Source: an uncultured delta proteobacterium (GTDB lineage Bacteria > Desulfobacterota > Binatia > Binatales > Binataceae). Taken from it: a stretch of DNA of 64,000 nucleotides. Both the position numbers and the translations under genes were made by a program. The stretch spans positions 32,001 to 96,000 of the forward strand of contig CAWEEQ010000002.1 in NCBI GenBank assembly GCA_963808235.1, read 5' to 3'. The notes beneath the pieces are model-generated. The model had not been told where the DNA came from and did not search any database. It saw only the letters and a list, made by a program, of their open reading frames with translations. Below are positions 19,504 through 29,546 of the stretch, one piece after another (within the stretch, counting starts at the first letter, position 1; every line of letters starts with the position of its first letter).

Positions 19504-19735
19504 CAAAGCCAAATCGAGCCGGACTCTTCGATCGAAAACTCCGGGACAGGCAAATTGTTAACTTTGTCTTTTCTTGACGGGATTCACTTTCTTCGTGAAA
19601 ATTGGATTGACGAAGGAACGAGAGGCCTTAGCTTCGGACCTAGCTTGATTTCCTGATTGCCAGGAAGCCGCGCGCGCACGTCGATTCCGCTCGAAGATTA
19701 CAGCGAGCAATAGCTCGTATAAACGGGAGGATCTC

Positions 19736-20134
19736 ATGATCACCGAAGACTACGTCAGAAAGATTTTCAAGGGGCTTGAGCACGGCGATGGCGCGGGTTT
19801 TTTCGAGCATGTAGCCGACAAGGTCGACTGGATCGTCGAAGGCACGCATCCGCTGGCCGGTCACTACAAGTCGAAATCTGATTTCATTGCCGGGACTTTC
19901 GCGAAGCTCGGCAAGGTTCTGCCCAACGGGGCTCAACTGGTCGTCGAGCATCTGCTCGTAAAGGATGACCAGGCTGTCGCGGAACTTCACTCCTTGGCCA
20001 CGGCGAAGAACGGACTGAGGTTCGACAACAGATACTGCTGGGTCGTTCACTTCGATGGTGACACCATCGACCGAGTGAGGGCCTATCTCGACTCGGCGAT
20101 GGTCGCGCGTCTCTTCGAAGAAAACCCGATCTAG
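19736..20134 (+). CDS. NTF2/SnoaL-like (ketosteroid isomerase-like) protein
   Basis: GGAGG RBS; WIVEGTHPLAGHY, NRYCWV, RAYLDS. Confidence 0.88.
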   Translation: MITEDYVRKIFKGLEHGDGAGFFEHVADKVDWIVEGTHPLAGHYKSKSDFIAGTFAKLGKVLPNGAQLVVEHLLVKDDQAVAELHSLATAKNGLRFDNRYCWVVHFDGDTIDRVRAYLDSAMVARLFEENPI

Positions 20135-20254
20135 CCATCGGTCGTCGGCGTCTCATCCGACCCGACCTGATGGGCTTGTCGATACGATCGGTGTTTTGAT
20201 TGCCAAATCGTTTAGGGAATTCGCATGATTCGGATTTGAACTGGATGTGTTCGA

Positions 20255-21139
20255 ATGGCGTTTGAGAGCTTCACAGTCGAAGACATAGCAACGCAAGGGG
20301 CGACGATTCACACTCTGAGAAGAGGTGCCGGCCCGCCACTGCTACTTTTGCATGGGTATCCTCAGACGCATTTCATCTGGCACAAAATCGCCGAACGGCT
20401 CTCCGAGCAGTACACCGTGGTGCTGACGGACCTTCGAGGCTACGGCGACTCAGGCAAGCCGGAGGGAGGCGCACGCCATGAGAATTACTCCTTTCGGGCG
20501 ATGGCACAGGACCAAGTCGACGTGATGCACCATCTCGGTCATGAAACGTTTTTCGTCGCATCCCATGATCGCGGCGCGCGGACAGCTCATCGGATGTGCC
20601 TCGACCATCCCAAGGCTGTCCGCAAAGTCTGTTTCATGGAGATTTTGCCTACACTGCGGATGTATCGCGATACCTCAAAGGAGTTTGCCACCAAGTATAT
20701 GTGGTGGTTCTTTTTGATTCAGGAGGCTCCGCTTCCAGAACACATGATCGGTGCAGACGCCGCTTTCTTTCTTGAACAACATTTCAAGCTGCAAAGCGGC
20801 ACTTCCGGAGCGCTGACGGACGAAGCGCTGGAGGAGTACAAGCGTTGCTTCTGTAAGCCAGAAGCAATCCACGCGAGTTGCGAGGATTACCGAGCGGCCG
20901 CGGACATCGATCTTGAGATGGACGAGGAAGACGAGAACGCAGGACGAAAAATAGAGTGCCCAGTTCTCGCGCTTTGGGGAGAGAAAGGTGCCGTGGGCAA
21001 GCTTTGGGACGTGCTTGAGGTGTGGCGACAGCATGCGCGTGCACCCGTCCACGGCCGAGCGCTGAACAGCGGACACTACTTGGCGGAAGAGCAGCCGGAA
21101 GAAGTATTGCAGGAATTGCTACGATTCTTTGCGAATTGA
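20255..21139 (+). CDS. Haloacetate (fluoroacetate) dehalogenase-like alpha/beta hydrolase
   Basis: LLHGYPQT, DLRGYGDS, HDRGAR, CEDYRA, GHYLAEE. Confidence 0.85.
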   Translation: MAFESFTVEDIATQGATIHTLRRGAGPPLLLLHGYPQTHFIWHKIAERLSEQYTVVLTDLRGYGDSGKPEGGARHENYSFRAMAQDQVDVMHHLGHETFFVASHDRGARTAHRMCLDHPKAVRKVCFMEILPTLRMYRDTSKEFATKYMWWFFLIQEAPLPEHMIGADAAFFLEQHFKLQSGTSGALTDEALEEYKRCFCKPEAIHASCEDYRAAADIDLEMDEEDENAGRKIECPVLALWGEKGAVGKLWDVLEVWRQHARAPVHGRALNSGHYLAEEQPEEVLQELLRFFAN

Positions 21140-21187
21140 GGAACAAACAATGAAGCACCAGACAAATCGATCAGTCTCCGAAAACCG

Positions 21188-23491
21188 TCAAAGGCCGAGC
21201 GAGCTGACGCGGTCAACTGAAACCGACGCCGCTCCCGGAATTTGCGGGAGCCATCGATTCAGCTGAGGGACGAGGTATTCGAGGCGGCGCATCGAATGCA
21301 GTTCGGCAAGGATCGCGCGACGCTGATCGATCGTCCACGATTCGACTCGGGCGAATTGTCGCTCCTCCAGCCGTGAGCCGAACTGCTCGAGAGGTGCTGC
21401 CAGGTCATCGGGTGAGTTTGCGCGCGCGATTGCCTGTGCGGCCGCGGCGCTCAGGCTGGCATTGCTGCCGAAGAAGTCGAGCCACGATAGAAGTTGCCTG
21501 CGAACGGCGTCGAGCACTGCTTCGCGCGCCGACTCGGTCACCGGGTCCAGTTGCGGCACGGGAGTAACGATGCGCCCATTCGCTATTGATGCCATCCGGT
21601 TCGCGATGCGCCGCAGCGTTCCGGACGCCTCGACGATCGCGTTATGGTTGACGGTACTGGTGCGGCCTTCCAATTGTGCATCATCCGCGACCTCCAGAAT
21701 TTCGGCGAGGGTACGCATGGTCGCCGAGTTTGCCTGCTGGATTTCGTCCTCAGTGTTCGCGGCGGAACCGCCGGGCGCCAGGGCAAGCGTGTCGCGAATT
21801 ACTTTACGCAGTCTCGGCAACAAGGAATCACCGGCGTATTCCGGCCACAACAGTAAGAAGACGATTCCAGCGACCAGGGTGCCAAGCAGAACTCCCCAGA
21901 TTCGCCACAGCGGTGCATAGACGTCGAAGGCGGGGCTCAAGCCGGCGAACGCCAACGCGAAGGTCGTGCCTATCTGCTTTCCTGCGTATGAAATACGTCC
22001 ACTACTGAGAGCAGAGTAGGAGGAGATAAAGAAGACTACGAAGAGCGCCATCATATACGCCGGAAGAGTTTCGAAGTTGGGCGTGACGATGATGATTGTC
22101 AGCAGAGTCAGTGCCCCGCCGATTAGCACACCGATTATCCGCAGGATCATCTTGCGCAGCGCGGCCCCGTAGGTCGGAAGCGCGGTTATCAGTATCGTCG
22201 TCAGGATCGTGGATAGATCGGGACGCTGCGTGATGAGGCCGATCACATAACCGATCACTACGCAGAAACCGACCTTCATCGAAAAGCGGACGACCTCAGG
22301 ATCCGGAGCAGTCGAGCGCGGAGCAGCACTCTTTGACGGTGCCGCGGCGGGCGGCGGCGGAGGTTCATCGAGCAGGCGTTCGACATGTCCGGTCAGCGCA
22401 GCAATCGAATCGGTGAAGGACGCGAAATTCTCGATCTCCGCGGAACTCGCCGTGCGTATATATGTCGGTCTGACCTGGATGACGCGAGCACTGAGAGTGT
22501 CAAGCGCAGATTCTGCGCGGGTCCGCGAGGCGGGAGGCGGCAGGTCGGCGCCAACGGAGAGGTGAGTGTGCATTTCGGTGGCGATCTCGTCGAACACGGC
22601 CGCAAGCGCATTCACCGTCGCTTCTATTTCGGGCCGTACCATCGCGCGAATTTCTCGTGGTACGTTCTGACGCGCCGCGAAGGTCAGGCGATCCACTTCG
22701 AGACCGATACGCGCCACGCGTGTGACCGCCGCAAGCAGGATCGCATGGCGATGCGCGGATCCACCTTCGGCCACGGCTTGATTCAGAAGCGCCATGTGCA
22801 CGGGAAGATCCGAGGTTGGCGGTGGCATCCGCGGTCGCGGCGCGCTTCGGTAATCCAGATAAAACTTTGTAGCCAGCAGGAGCCGCGAGCGATCGCGCGC
22901 GATGGTCGCTCCCAGCGATTCGAGCAGGATATTTTCGCCCGGGTCGGGCCAAATCCAGTTGTCGAACAGGACGATCGTGCCGAAGGCGATCACGCTCCCA
23001 CCGAATTCTCCCGCGGCAGACCAACCGATTTCGTCGGGTGCATATGCGACGCCGTAGTAAAGGAAAAGGAACGTAACCTGGATGAGGAGAAGAGCCGCGC
23101 CCAGTTTATGAGTCGTTCCAATGTAGGTCGTGAACGAGATCAACGTGAAGAGGAACGGGAGCATCAGCCAGGGCGTTTCCGACAGTATCCCTGCCAGCAC
23201 GACCGATGCAGCGAGCGTGAACGCCAGGGCGATCAGAAACGCAACTGCCTTGCGAGCAGACATCATCGGTCCCGCTCCCACCAGCAGCCACACGATGTAA
23301 GTGCCGAGCTCGTTGTTGACGTGACAGCTCGCGATCAGGCCAGCGCCGATCGTCCCCATCATGGCAAGGCGAAGCGCAGTACGGAGTTTTCGTGAGCTGG
23401 GTGCAAGCTCCCGGGAGAGCAGCCCGGCAAGCTGATCGAACCAACCTGGTGCTTGCGCGAGGCGGATCTCCGGTTTGGCGAAGCCGGCCAT
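21188..23491 (-). CDS. FUSC/MdtO-like inner-membrane efflux protein
   Basis: Two hydrophobic blocks, KMILRIIGVLIG, WRIWGVLLG, LLWP. Confidence 0.85.
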   Translation of the reverse strand: MAGFAKPEIRLAQAPGWFDQLAGLLSRELAPSSRKLRTALRLAMMGTIGAGLIASCHVNNELGTYIVWLLVGAGPMMSARKAVAFLIALAFTLAASVVLAGILSETPWLMLPFLFTLISFTTYIGTTHKLGAALLLIQVTFLFLYYGVAYAPDEIGWSAAGEFGGSVIAFGTIVLFDNWIWPDPGENILLESLGATIARDRSRLLLATKFYLDYRSAPRPRMPPPTSDLPVHMALLNQAVAEGGSAHRHAILLAAVTRVARIGLEVDRLTFAARQNVPREIRAMVRPEIEATVNALAAVFDEIATEMHTHLSVGADLPPPASRTRAESALDTLSARVIQVRPTYIRTASSAEIENFASFTDSIAALTGHVERLLDEPPPPPAAAPSKSAAPRSTAPDPEVVRFSMKVGFCVVIGYVIGLITQRPDLSTILTTILITALPTYGAALRKMILRIIGVLIGGALTLLTIIIVTPNFETLPAYMMALFVVFFISSYSALSSGRISYAGKQIGTTFALAFAGLSPAFDVYAPLWRIWGVLLGTLVAGIVFLLLWPEYAGDSLLPRLRKVIRDTLALAPGGSAANTEDEIQQANSATMRTLAEILEVADDAQLEGRTSTVNHNAIVEASGTLRRIANRMASIANGRIVTPVPQLDPVTESAREAVLDAVRRQLLSWLDFFGSNASLSAAAAQAIARANSPDDLAAPLEQFGSRLEERQFARVESWTIDQRRAILAELHSMRRLEYLVPQLNRWLPQIPGAASVSVDRVSSLGL
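21190..21219. repeat. 30-bp direct repeat, copy 2; encodes the FUSC C-terminus
   Basis: Matches 19474-19503. Confidence 0.92.
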
Positions 23492-23492
23492 T

Positions 23493-24572
23493 TCAGTGAC
23501 TGCTCTGTTCGCGAAAATCGTGATCGCGTCGATCCTGATCGCGGTATCCCTGGATCGTTACCACCGCCGTGTAGCCCGTCTTGAACGGGTACTTCGGGTC
23601 GCGATCCTCGAGCACGATACGAACGGGAAAGCGCTGCGAGAGCCGCACCCAGTTGAGCGTCGGCTCAGTTTGCGGCAGCCCATCGACGGTCGCGCCGTTC
23701 TGCTGATACAGCGCCCATCCGACGCCTTGCACGCGACCACGAAAGCGCTTGTTGGGATAGGCGAGTACAAAGACCTCGGCGGTCATGCCGGGTTGGATGT
23801 GCGACATAAACGTCTCGCGGAAATTCGCAATCACGTACCACTTGCGATCGTCGACCAGGCTGACGACTTGACGGCCTTCGTTGGCATACTGGCCTTCCGA
23901 GATGTTGAGATTCGTGACCCAACCGTTGTACGGCGCGCGTACCGAGCAATAACCGACGTTGAGTTTCGCGTCGTAAACCGCAGCCTCCGCCGCCTTCCGT
24001 AAGGCGTTGATATTGCCGTACTGGCCGAGCTGGTTTTGTGCTTTGCCGACGTCAGAGCGCGCGGCCTGCACGGCGGCCTCCGCTGCACTCACTCGCGAGC
24101 GGGCGTTGAAGACGTCGTTGGCGGTGACGAAATGCTTCGCGAGCAGCGGCTCAATGCGATTGAGATACTGCTTGTCGTACGCCGCATCGGCTTCGAGCCG
24201 TACTTGATCGGATTTAGCGGTCCGGATCGCATCTTCGAGCGCCTTGATATTGAGCTCGGTCAATTGCAGCTTGGCGACCGCGGCGTCCAATGCCGATTGA
24301 TACGGCCGCGGATCGACGATGAATAGGAGGTCGCCTTGCTTGACGTACTGATTGTCCACGATCGGCAGTTCCGTAATCGGCCCGCTCACGTGCGGCGCGA
24401 TTCCGACCCAGTTGGCGCGAACGTAAGCGTCGTCGGTGCGCGGATACTCGTAGTAGAGGCGCGCGACGTAGAGCCCGACGATAACGGTGGCCGCCACGAT
24501 CGCGGCGCTCAGCAGATGCCCGGCGAATCGCAAGGTCATCGATACTTCGTCGGTGTCGCTAGCCATGGCCAT
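23493..24572 (-). CDS. HlyD/MdtN-like membrane fusion protein
   Basis: PRTDDAYV, IAPHVSG, IANFRET, LNWVRLSQRFPVRI. Confidence 0.9.
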   Translation of the reverse strand: MAMASDTDEVSMTLRFAGHLLSAAIVAATVIVGLYVARLYYEYPRTDDAYVRANWVGIAPHVSGPITELPIVDNQYVKQGDLLFIVDPRPYQSALDAAVAKLQLTELNIKALEDAIRTAKSDQVRLEADAAYDKQYLNRIEPLLAKHFVTANDVFNARSRVSAAEAAVQAARSDVGKAQNQLGQYGNINALRKAAEAAVYDAKLNVGYCSVRAPYNGWVTNLNISEGQYANEGRQVVSLVDDRKWYVIANFRETFMSHIQPGMTAEVFVLAYPNKRFRGRVQGVGWALYQQNGATVDGLPQTEPTLNWVRLSQRFPVRIVLEDRDPKYPFKTGYTAVVTIQGYRDQDRRDHDFREQSSH

Positions 24573-24582
24573 CGTGATCTTT

Positions 24583-24858
24583 TCAGATTCGGTTGAAGAA
24601 GATCAGCCACACCACGCATCCCATCAGGATGGCGAGACTCAGGTACACGATCGGCAGCGGCCACAGGTAGCTCTCGACGCGCGTGACCACGAAGATTGGA
24701 CGAATGGCAACGGTCAGAATCGCGCCGCATATTGCGCAGAATAGCCAGCTGGGAAAATTCGCGCCGGCGATATTGACCACCGGATCACATCCCGAAAGCA
24801 GGGAAGCGGCGACGAATAGCGGCGCAAATCTGCCCACGTGCGTGAAAGCGAATCGCAT
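24583..24858 (-). CDS. YtcA-family small lipoprotein
   Basis: LLSGC lipobox, GANFPSWL; position upstream of MdtN-like gene. Confidence 0.8.
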   Translation of the reverse strand: MRFAFTHVGRFAPLFVAASLLSGCDPVVNIAGANFPSWLFCAICGAILTVAIRPIFVVTRVESYLWPLPIVYLSLAILMGCVVWLIFFNRI

Positions 24859-24941
24859 GGCCCGAAGATTCTACGCGCCGGATTGTGCAAAAGCACGTTC
24901 CGGGATCTAATGTCCGTTCAACTGCGGGTGAGAATCATTTT

Positions 24942-26459
24942 ATGAAAATTGACCTTTCTATCAAGAAGTATTTTGGAACGTGCCGCACCGGTTGGAAGCT
25001 CATCGGGGCCGCGCTCGGCCTCGCGCTATGCGCGAGCGGATGCACCTACTTTGCCGAGCAGCCCGAAGTGTATCCGAACAAATTCTCGCCGGCGGCATCG
25101 GATCGCGCCTGGATACCAAGGTCCGAGGCAGCGAACGAGTTCGTCATACCGACGCAGGCGCGGCCGCCGAGTACGCTGCCCGAGCCTCGGGTAACCAGCG
25201 CAGGCAATAAGTACGACCTGCCGGCGCTGATCGATATCGCGCTCAGCAACAATCCCGACACTCGCCGAACGTGGCTTCAGGCTCGCGCCGCGGCCGCAAG
25301 CTACGGAAGTTCGCGCGCGCCGTACTATCCGGTGGTCAGTACGGAGGTCACGTCCGCATATTCCCGCAGAATTTTCGAGTTGCCCGGACAAGACGGCGTC
25401 CTCAAGCAGTGGCGCGTAACCCCGGCTATCGAGCTCACTTACACGTTGCTCGACTTCGGCCGGCGCGATGCCGGCGCAGCCGCGGCGCGCGATCAACTGG
25501 CCGCCGCGAACTTCTCATTCAATCGCAAGCTCCAGGACGTCGTGTTCGCAACCCAGCGCTCGTTCTATGCGATCGGCGCGGCCAAGGCCGCGGTGCAAGC
25601 CGCGGAACAGAACGTCGAGCTCGCGAAGACTGACGACGAGGCAGTCACCCGACGCGTCGATCTTGGATTGGCAACCCAGCCCGAGTTGCTGCTCTCACGG
25701 CAGCGCGTCGCGCAATCGGAGTACGATCTCGCGAGCGCCCAACTGCTGGTGCGCGAAGCGCAGGCGAGCATGGCGGTCGCGCTCGGCGTCGCCGCCAACA
25801 CCGCGCTCGATGTGCCCAACCTCGAGAGCCTGCCGATTCCCGCGGGATTGGGCGGCGAAGTGGATCAGCTAATCGAAACAGCCGTGCGCCAACGTCCCGA
25901 TCTTGCGGCCCAGGTCGCGACGCTCGTGGCGAGCCGCGCGCAGGTCGAACGCGCGAAGGCTGAATTCTTTCCCGTCGTGGGAGTCTCGGGCGCTTACGGT
26001 GAGCAAATGTGGGGCTACCGGTTCGATGGGACCCCGAGCGTCAAGACCAGCCAGCCTCAATATGCCGGCCTGCTCACAATCAAATGGGATATCTTCACCG
26101 GCTTCAAACGCCTCAACGATGTCCGCCAGGCCGAGGCCGAACGCGACGCGGCCAGCGCGCAACTCAAGTCGCTCGAGGTCGATGCGATAAGCTCCGTCTG
26201 GCGCGCCTACTACGAATTTCAGACCGCGCTGAAACGCTACGAGTACGCCAAGGCGCTGCTCGCCGCGTCCAATGAGTCGTACGCCGCGAATCTCGACACT
26301 TATCGGCAGGGTCTCAGCACGATCGTCGAGTTGCTGACTGCCGATCGCGATCTTGCGAACGCGCGCTACACGATTGTCCAGAGCCGCGCCGACCTGCTGA
26401 CTTCATCGGCAGCCGTCGCGTACGCTGTGGGAGCCGTCGAGATGCCGGCACATCCGTAA
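24942..26459 (+). CDS. TolC family outer-membrane efflux lipoprotein
   Basis: ASGC lipobox, ALSNNP, YTLLDFG, YRQGLSTIVELL. Confidence 0.9.
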   Translation: MKIDLSIKKYFGTCRTGWKLIGAALGLALCASGCTYFAEQPEVYPNKFSPAASDRAWIPRSEAANEFVIPTQARPPSTLPEPRVTSAGNKYDLPALIDIALSNNPDTRRTWLQARAAAASYGSSRAPYYPVVSTEVTSAYSRRIFELPGQDGVLKQWRVTPAIELTYTLLDFGRRDAGAAAARDQLAAANFSFNRKLQDVVFATQRSFYAIGAAKAAVQAAEQNVELAKTDDEAVTRRVDLGLATQPELLLSRQRVAQSEYDLASAQLLVREAQASMAVALGVAANTALDVPNLESLPIPAGLGGEVDQLIETAVRQRPDLAAQVATLVASRAQVERAKAEFFPVVGVSGAYGEQMWGYRFDGTPSVKTSQPQYAGLLTIKWDIFTGFKRLNDVRQAEAERDAASAQLKSLEVDAISSVWRAYYEFQTALKRYEYAKALLAASNESYAANLDTYRQGLSTIVELLTADRDLANARYTIVQSRADLLTSSAAVAYAVGAVEMPAHP

Positions 26460-26677
26460 TGCCCGACGTCCGTGACGCGAAGATGTTACCCGGACTCTGT
26501 GATCCGCCGATCACTTAAGATACAAGTTTCACCAAAGTTCAGAACTCTTTATGAGATGACAATTGGGCACTCGTTCCTCTAATTCGCGAGGGCTTGGCTC
26601 GACTATTAAGGGAACGCCACAACCAGATTTGGATTTCCTCTGCAACCTTGAATATAGAACGTCCGTAGGTAGCGCCG

Positions 26678-27076
26678 ATGATTAGTCCGAGAGAGCTAGA
26701 GGAAAATTACTATTTCTATTTTGTCAAAACGCTATCAATCCTGGCTGAATCTCCCGCCCAGCAGTGCGCCGTGATGGAGTATAACGTTGCCTGGGAGTTG
26801 CAACGCGACGGATTCCAGGTTGACTATCTCATTCGCCAAGAAGTCATCAAATTTACCAACGATCAGATGGAAGGAATGAAAGAGCTCTCGTCGGCGCTGC
26901 ACGCGTTAAGCGGCGAGGCGTTAAAGGGCAGTAGTTACGCCCGAGAAGAACATTTGCAAGCGATGAGTAATCTTGGCTGGCAATTAGTTCGCGACATCGC
27001 CAAGAAATTAATCGTGACTCTTGCTCCTAGGACTGAAGAGAACCGTAAGTACTTTGAAAGCCAGGCTGGCAGTTAG
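26678..27076 (+). CDS. AT-rich hypothetical protein, possible orphan immunity protein
   Basis: 132-aa helical ORF in an AT-rich patch. Confidence 0.55.
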   Translation: MISPRELEENYYFYFVKTLSILAESPAQQCAVMEYNVAWELQRDGFQVDYLIRQEVIKFTNDQMEGMKELSSALHALSGEALKGSSYAREEHLQAMSNLGWQLVRDIAKKLIVTLAPRTEENRKYFESQAGS

Positions 27077-27127
27077 TTCGATATCGCGACCCTCGCAACT
27101 CGCCACTGACTTCAGCACTATGGATAC

Positions 27128-28213
27128 ATGAGAGCATTGGCGAGCCTGGTGGTTGTTCTGATTGCGGTCGCGATAAGCATCAATGCCGCCGCCGGCGGAG
27201 CGCAATGCGGTCCGTTCGGGGACGCGCCTGCCGAGGTGAATCACGGCGCCTACGCGAGCTTTGTCTCTTCGCACAATCCGATTTGTTTCGGCGGAACTGT
27301 CCTTGGCCCGTGGCCCGATGCGAACGGCGACAATCGCTATGCCTGCCTCTACGAACCGGTGGCCGCCGGCAAAGAGAATCCGCTGCCTCTCGTAATTTTT
27401 CTGCACGGCTCGATCGCGACTGCTGATTCGATTCGCCTCACCGGTCTCGTTCGACTGATCGACCACGCCGATCTCGGCGGCAAAAAGCCCGGCTTCATCC
27501 TGCTCGCGCCGGAGGGCCGCTATACGTCGCATTTCTATCCCGGTCTCGATTCGAACGGGCTTGGATGGGACAACTGGTACCGCCAGTTGAACCCGAGCGG
27601 CGAGGTGAAGATCGCAGGCACGCCGTACCCCGAGAATCAGGACGCCGCGACGATCGATCATTTCGTGCATGATAATGTCGCGTCGGGCAAAGTAGATCGC
27701 AATCGAATCTACGTGATGGGCTGGTCCAACGGTGCTGCGATGGCGATCCTGTATGCCCTGAATCGGCCGTGGATTGCTGCCGCAGCGGTTTACTCCTCGC
27801 CCGATCCGTTCTCCGCCTTCAACGATCCATGTCCCCAGATCCCGATCGCGTCCGCTCCCGGCGGAGTCGGCCAGATTCAACTCTTCAATCCGCGTGTCCC
27901 GCTGATCCACGTTCGTAACGATTGCGATATCGGCGGCATCTGTCCGAACGGCACCCGATTCGCGACTCGGATGCACGACCTCGGCGACCGCGTCGACGAC
28001 GTCATTGTCGATTCGGCGGGCAATCAAATCGGCTCGTGCGACAACGCCTGCGGCACCGACGCGATGGGCAACGGCCAGGTCGGCAGTCTCGGAAGTCTGC
28101 GCGGCGCGGCGCGTCATCTGCGCTGGCCCTCGGACTTTAATGACAAGATGCTGACGTTCCTGAAGGAGCATCCGCTGAACAACGCCGCGCCCGCACCACC
28201 TCCGCGCCCGTAA
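27128..28213 (+). CDS. Secreted alpha/beta hydrolase (PHB depolymerase/esterase-like)
   Basis: Signal peptide; PLVIFLHG, RIYVMGWSNG. Confidence 0.8.
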   Translation: MRALASLVVVLIAVAISINAAAGGAQCGPFGDAPAEVNHGAYASFVSSHNPICFGGTVLGPWPDANGDNRYACLYEPVAAGKENPLPLVIFLHGSIATADSIRLTGLVRLIDHADLGGKKPGFILLAPEGRYTSHFYPGLDSNGLGWDNWYRQLNPSGEVKIAGTPYPENQDAATIDHFVHDNVASGKVDRNRIYVMGWSNGAAMAILYALNRPWIAAAAVYSSPDPFSAFNDPCPQIPIASAPGGVGQIQLFNPRVPLIHVRNDCDIGGICPNGTRFATRMHDLGDRVDDVIVDSAGNQIGSCDNACGTDAMGNGQVGSLGSLRGAARHLRWPSDFNDKMLTFLKEHPLNNAAPAPPPRP

Positions 28214-28419
28214 TATGCTCGCAACAATCTCCGCAGACTCAGCGGCATGAGCGCGCTGCATGCAGTCGCGCGACTGCTTCGCCATTGATGGCGGAAGTAC
28301 TCGCCGGAATCTGAGGAAATCGAGAAGTTTTCGCGAGTCGCGGCAAACGTTTTGCGAATCGCAAATGACTACGACTGCACCCGCCCGAAATTGTCCAATG
28401 AAATGCACACTTCCATTAT

Positions 28420-28435
28420 TGGCATCGGGCTTGCT
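28420..28435 (+). promoter_or_regulatory. Putative sigma54 promoter
   Basis: TGGCATCGGGCTTGCT, near-consensus. Confidence 0.65.
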
Positions 28436-28474
28436 CTACCCCCCGTGTAACTGATTTGACGGGAGGACAGGAAA

Positions 28475-28654
28475 ATGGCAGCTACCACAATTAGTCAAAC
28501 ACGACTCGCGGGCTTCCAGCAGGCGAATGAACAGACCGAGACCATCGCAGCGGATCGGATCGCGCAGAACACTCTGCTCAGTGAGCTGCCTGGCGCGGCT
28601 TTCGCAGTGCTGACCTTGGCCTACATCGTTCTCTCCTTCGCGAGCCTCGCGTAG
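28475..28654 (+). CDS. 59-aa tail-anchored small protein (not in ORF track)
   Basis: GGAGG RBS; MAATTISQTRLAGFQQ...GAAFAVLTLAYIVLSFASLA. Confidence 0.6.
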   Translation: MAATTISQTRLAGFQQANEQTETIAADRIAQNTLLSELPGAAFAVLTLAYIVLSFASLA

Positions 28655-29090
28655 TCGATCGCATTCCACGCACGGGAAGAATCCGGGCCCAGACTTGAGT
28701 CTGACCGGCTTCCCGAGGCGTTCCTGAAAACCTTCTCCGACAAATGCGACTCGATTGATGAGCGCAAGCTCATGATGGAGCGAACTGGGATAGATTTTTT
28801 TTCGCGCGGACGATTAACAAGTGTTCGCGCAAAGTGAGTTAGTAAGATGATGATGGAAGCAGTATCGTTGCTGGCCGGACTGGCGATCGCGGTTGTCATA
28901 ATCGCGAGACCGGTGCGTCCATACTTCAAGCGAACCAGAACCGAGCGGTAACCAGTTAAACACACCGCGGCGCGGGCCGCGTGCTTGTCCTCGAGCGGGG
29001 CGGGATGCGAATCAGATTCGCGGTTCCGCCCCGCGCTCGTTTTTTCCGGGCTAGCATTCTAGACTTGGCGCCTCTGCCAAGAGGTGCCTG

Positions 29091-29522
29091 ATGAAACGGT
29101 TCACACTTATTCTGATTGTCTTCGCGTGCGCGATTGCGGCGCCGCATCTCGCCTGCGCTCAGGCGACATGTCCGCAAACCCTCGTGGTCGAACAGCGAGC
29201 GTCGGCGCCAGGTGCCGACTGGAACGTTACTTATTCCGGCTACGATACGGCGATCGCTGGAGTCACGATCTTCGACGGGCCGCCCGCCAATCAAGCGTCG
29301 CTGCTACCCGACAACGAGGAAACGACCAATTACAGGGTCTTCCAAACCTGGAAATTAGCGAAGAATGGCAGCTATTGGCTTCAGTGCAATTATGCGAACA
29401 CCACCGCGCAGATCTCACGGCGTTTGCCGGAGGGCGTCACGCGATGCGAGGTCACCTATGATGCCAACGTTCGCTTCGGTGGCGGAGGCGGCCGCGTAGT
29501 AAAAGAGGTCCGTTGCAAGTAG
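29091..29522 (+). CDS. Secreted Cys-containing protein (STY0301-like)
   Basis: Signal peptide; CP, IFDGPP, LLPD, WLQCNY. Confidence 0.65.
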   Translation: MKRFTLILIVFACAIAAPHLACAQATCPQTLVVEQRASAPGADWNVTYSGYDTAIAGVTIFDGPPANQASLLPDNEETTNYRVFQTWKLAKNGSYWLQCNYANTTAQISRRLPEGVTRCEVTYDANVRFGGGGGRVVKEVRCK

Positions 29523-29546
29523 CGCCAGCGGCGGAGTCCTGAAAGT

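Noticed and set aside
28847-28951. 34-aa hydrophobic ORF MMMEAVSLLAGLAIAVVII...
   Set aside because: No clear RBS or other support; left uncalled
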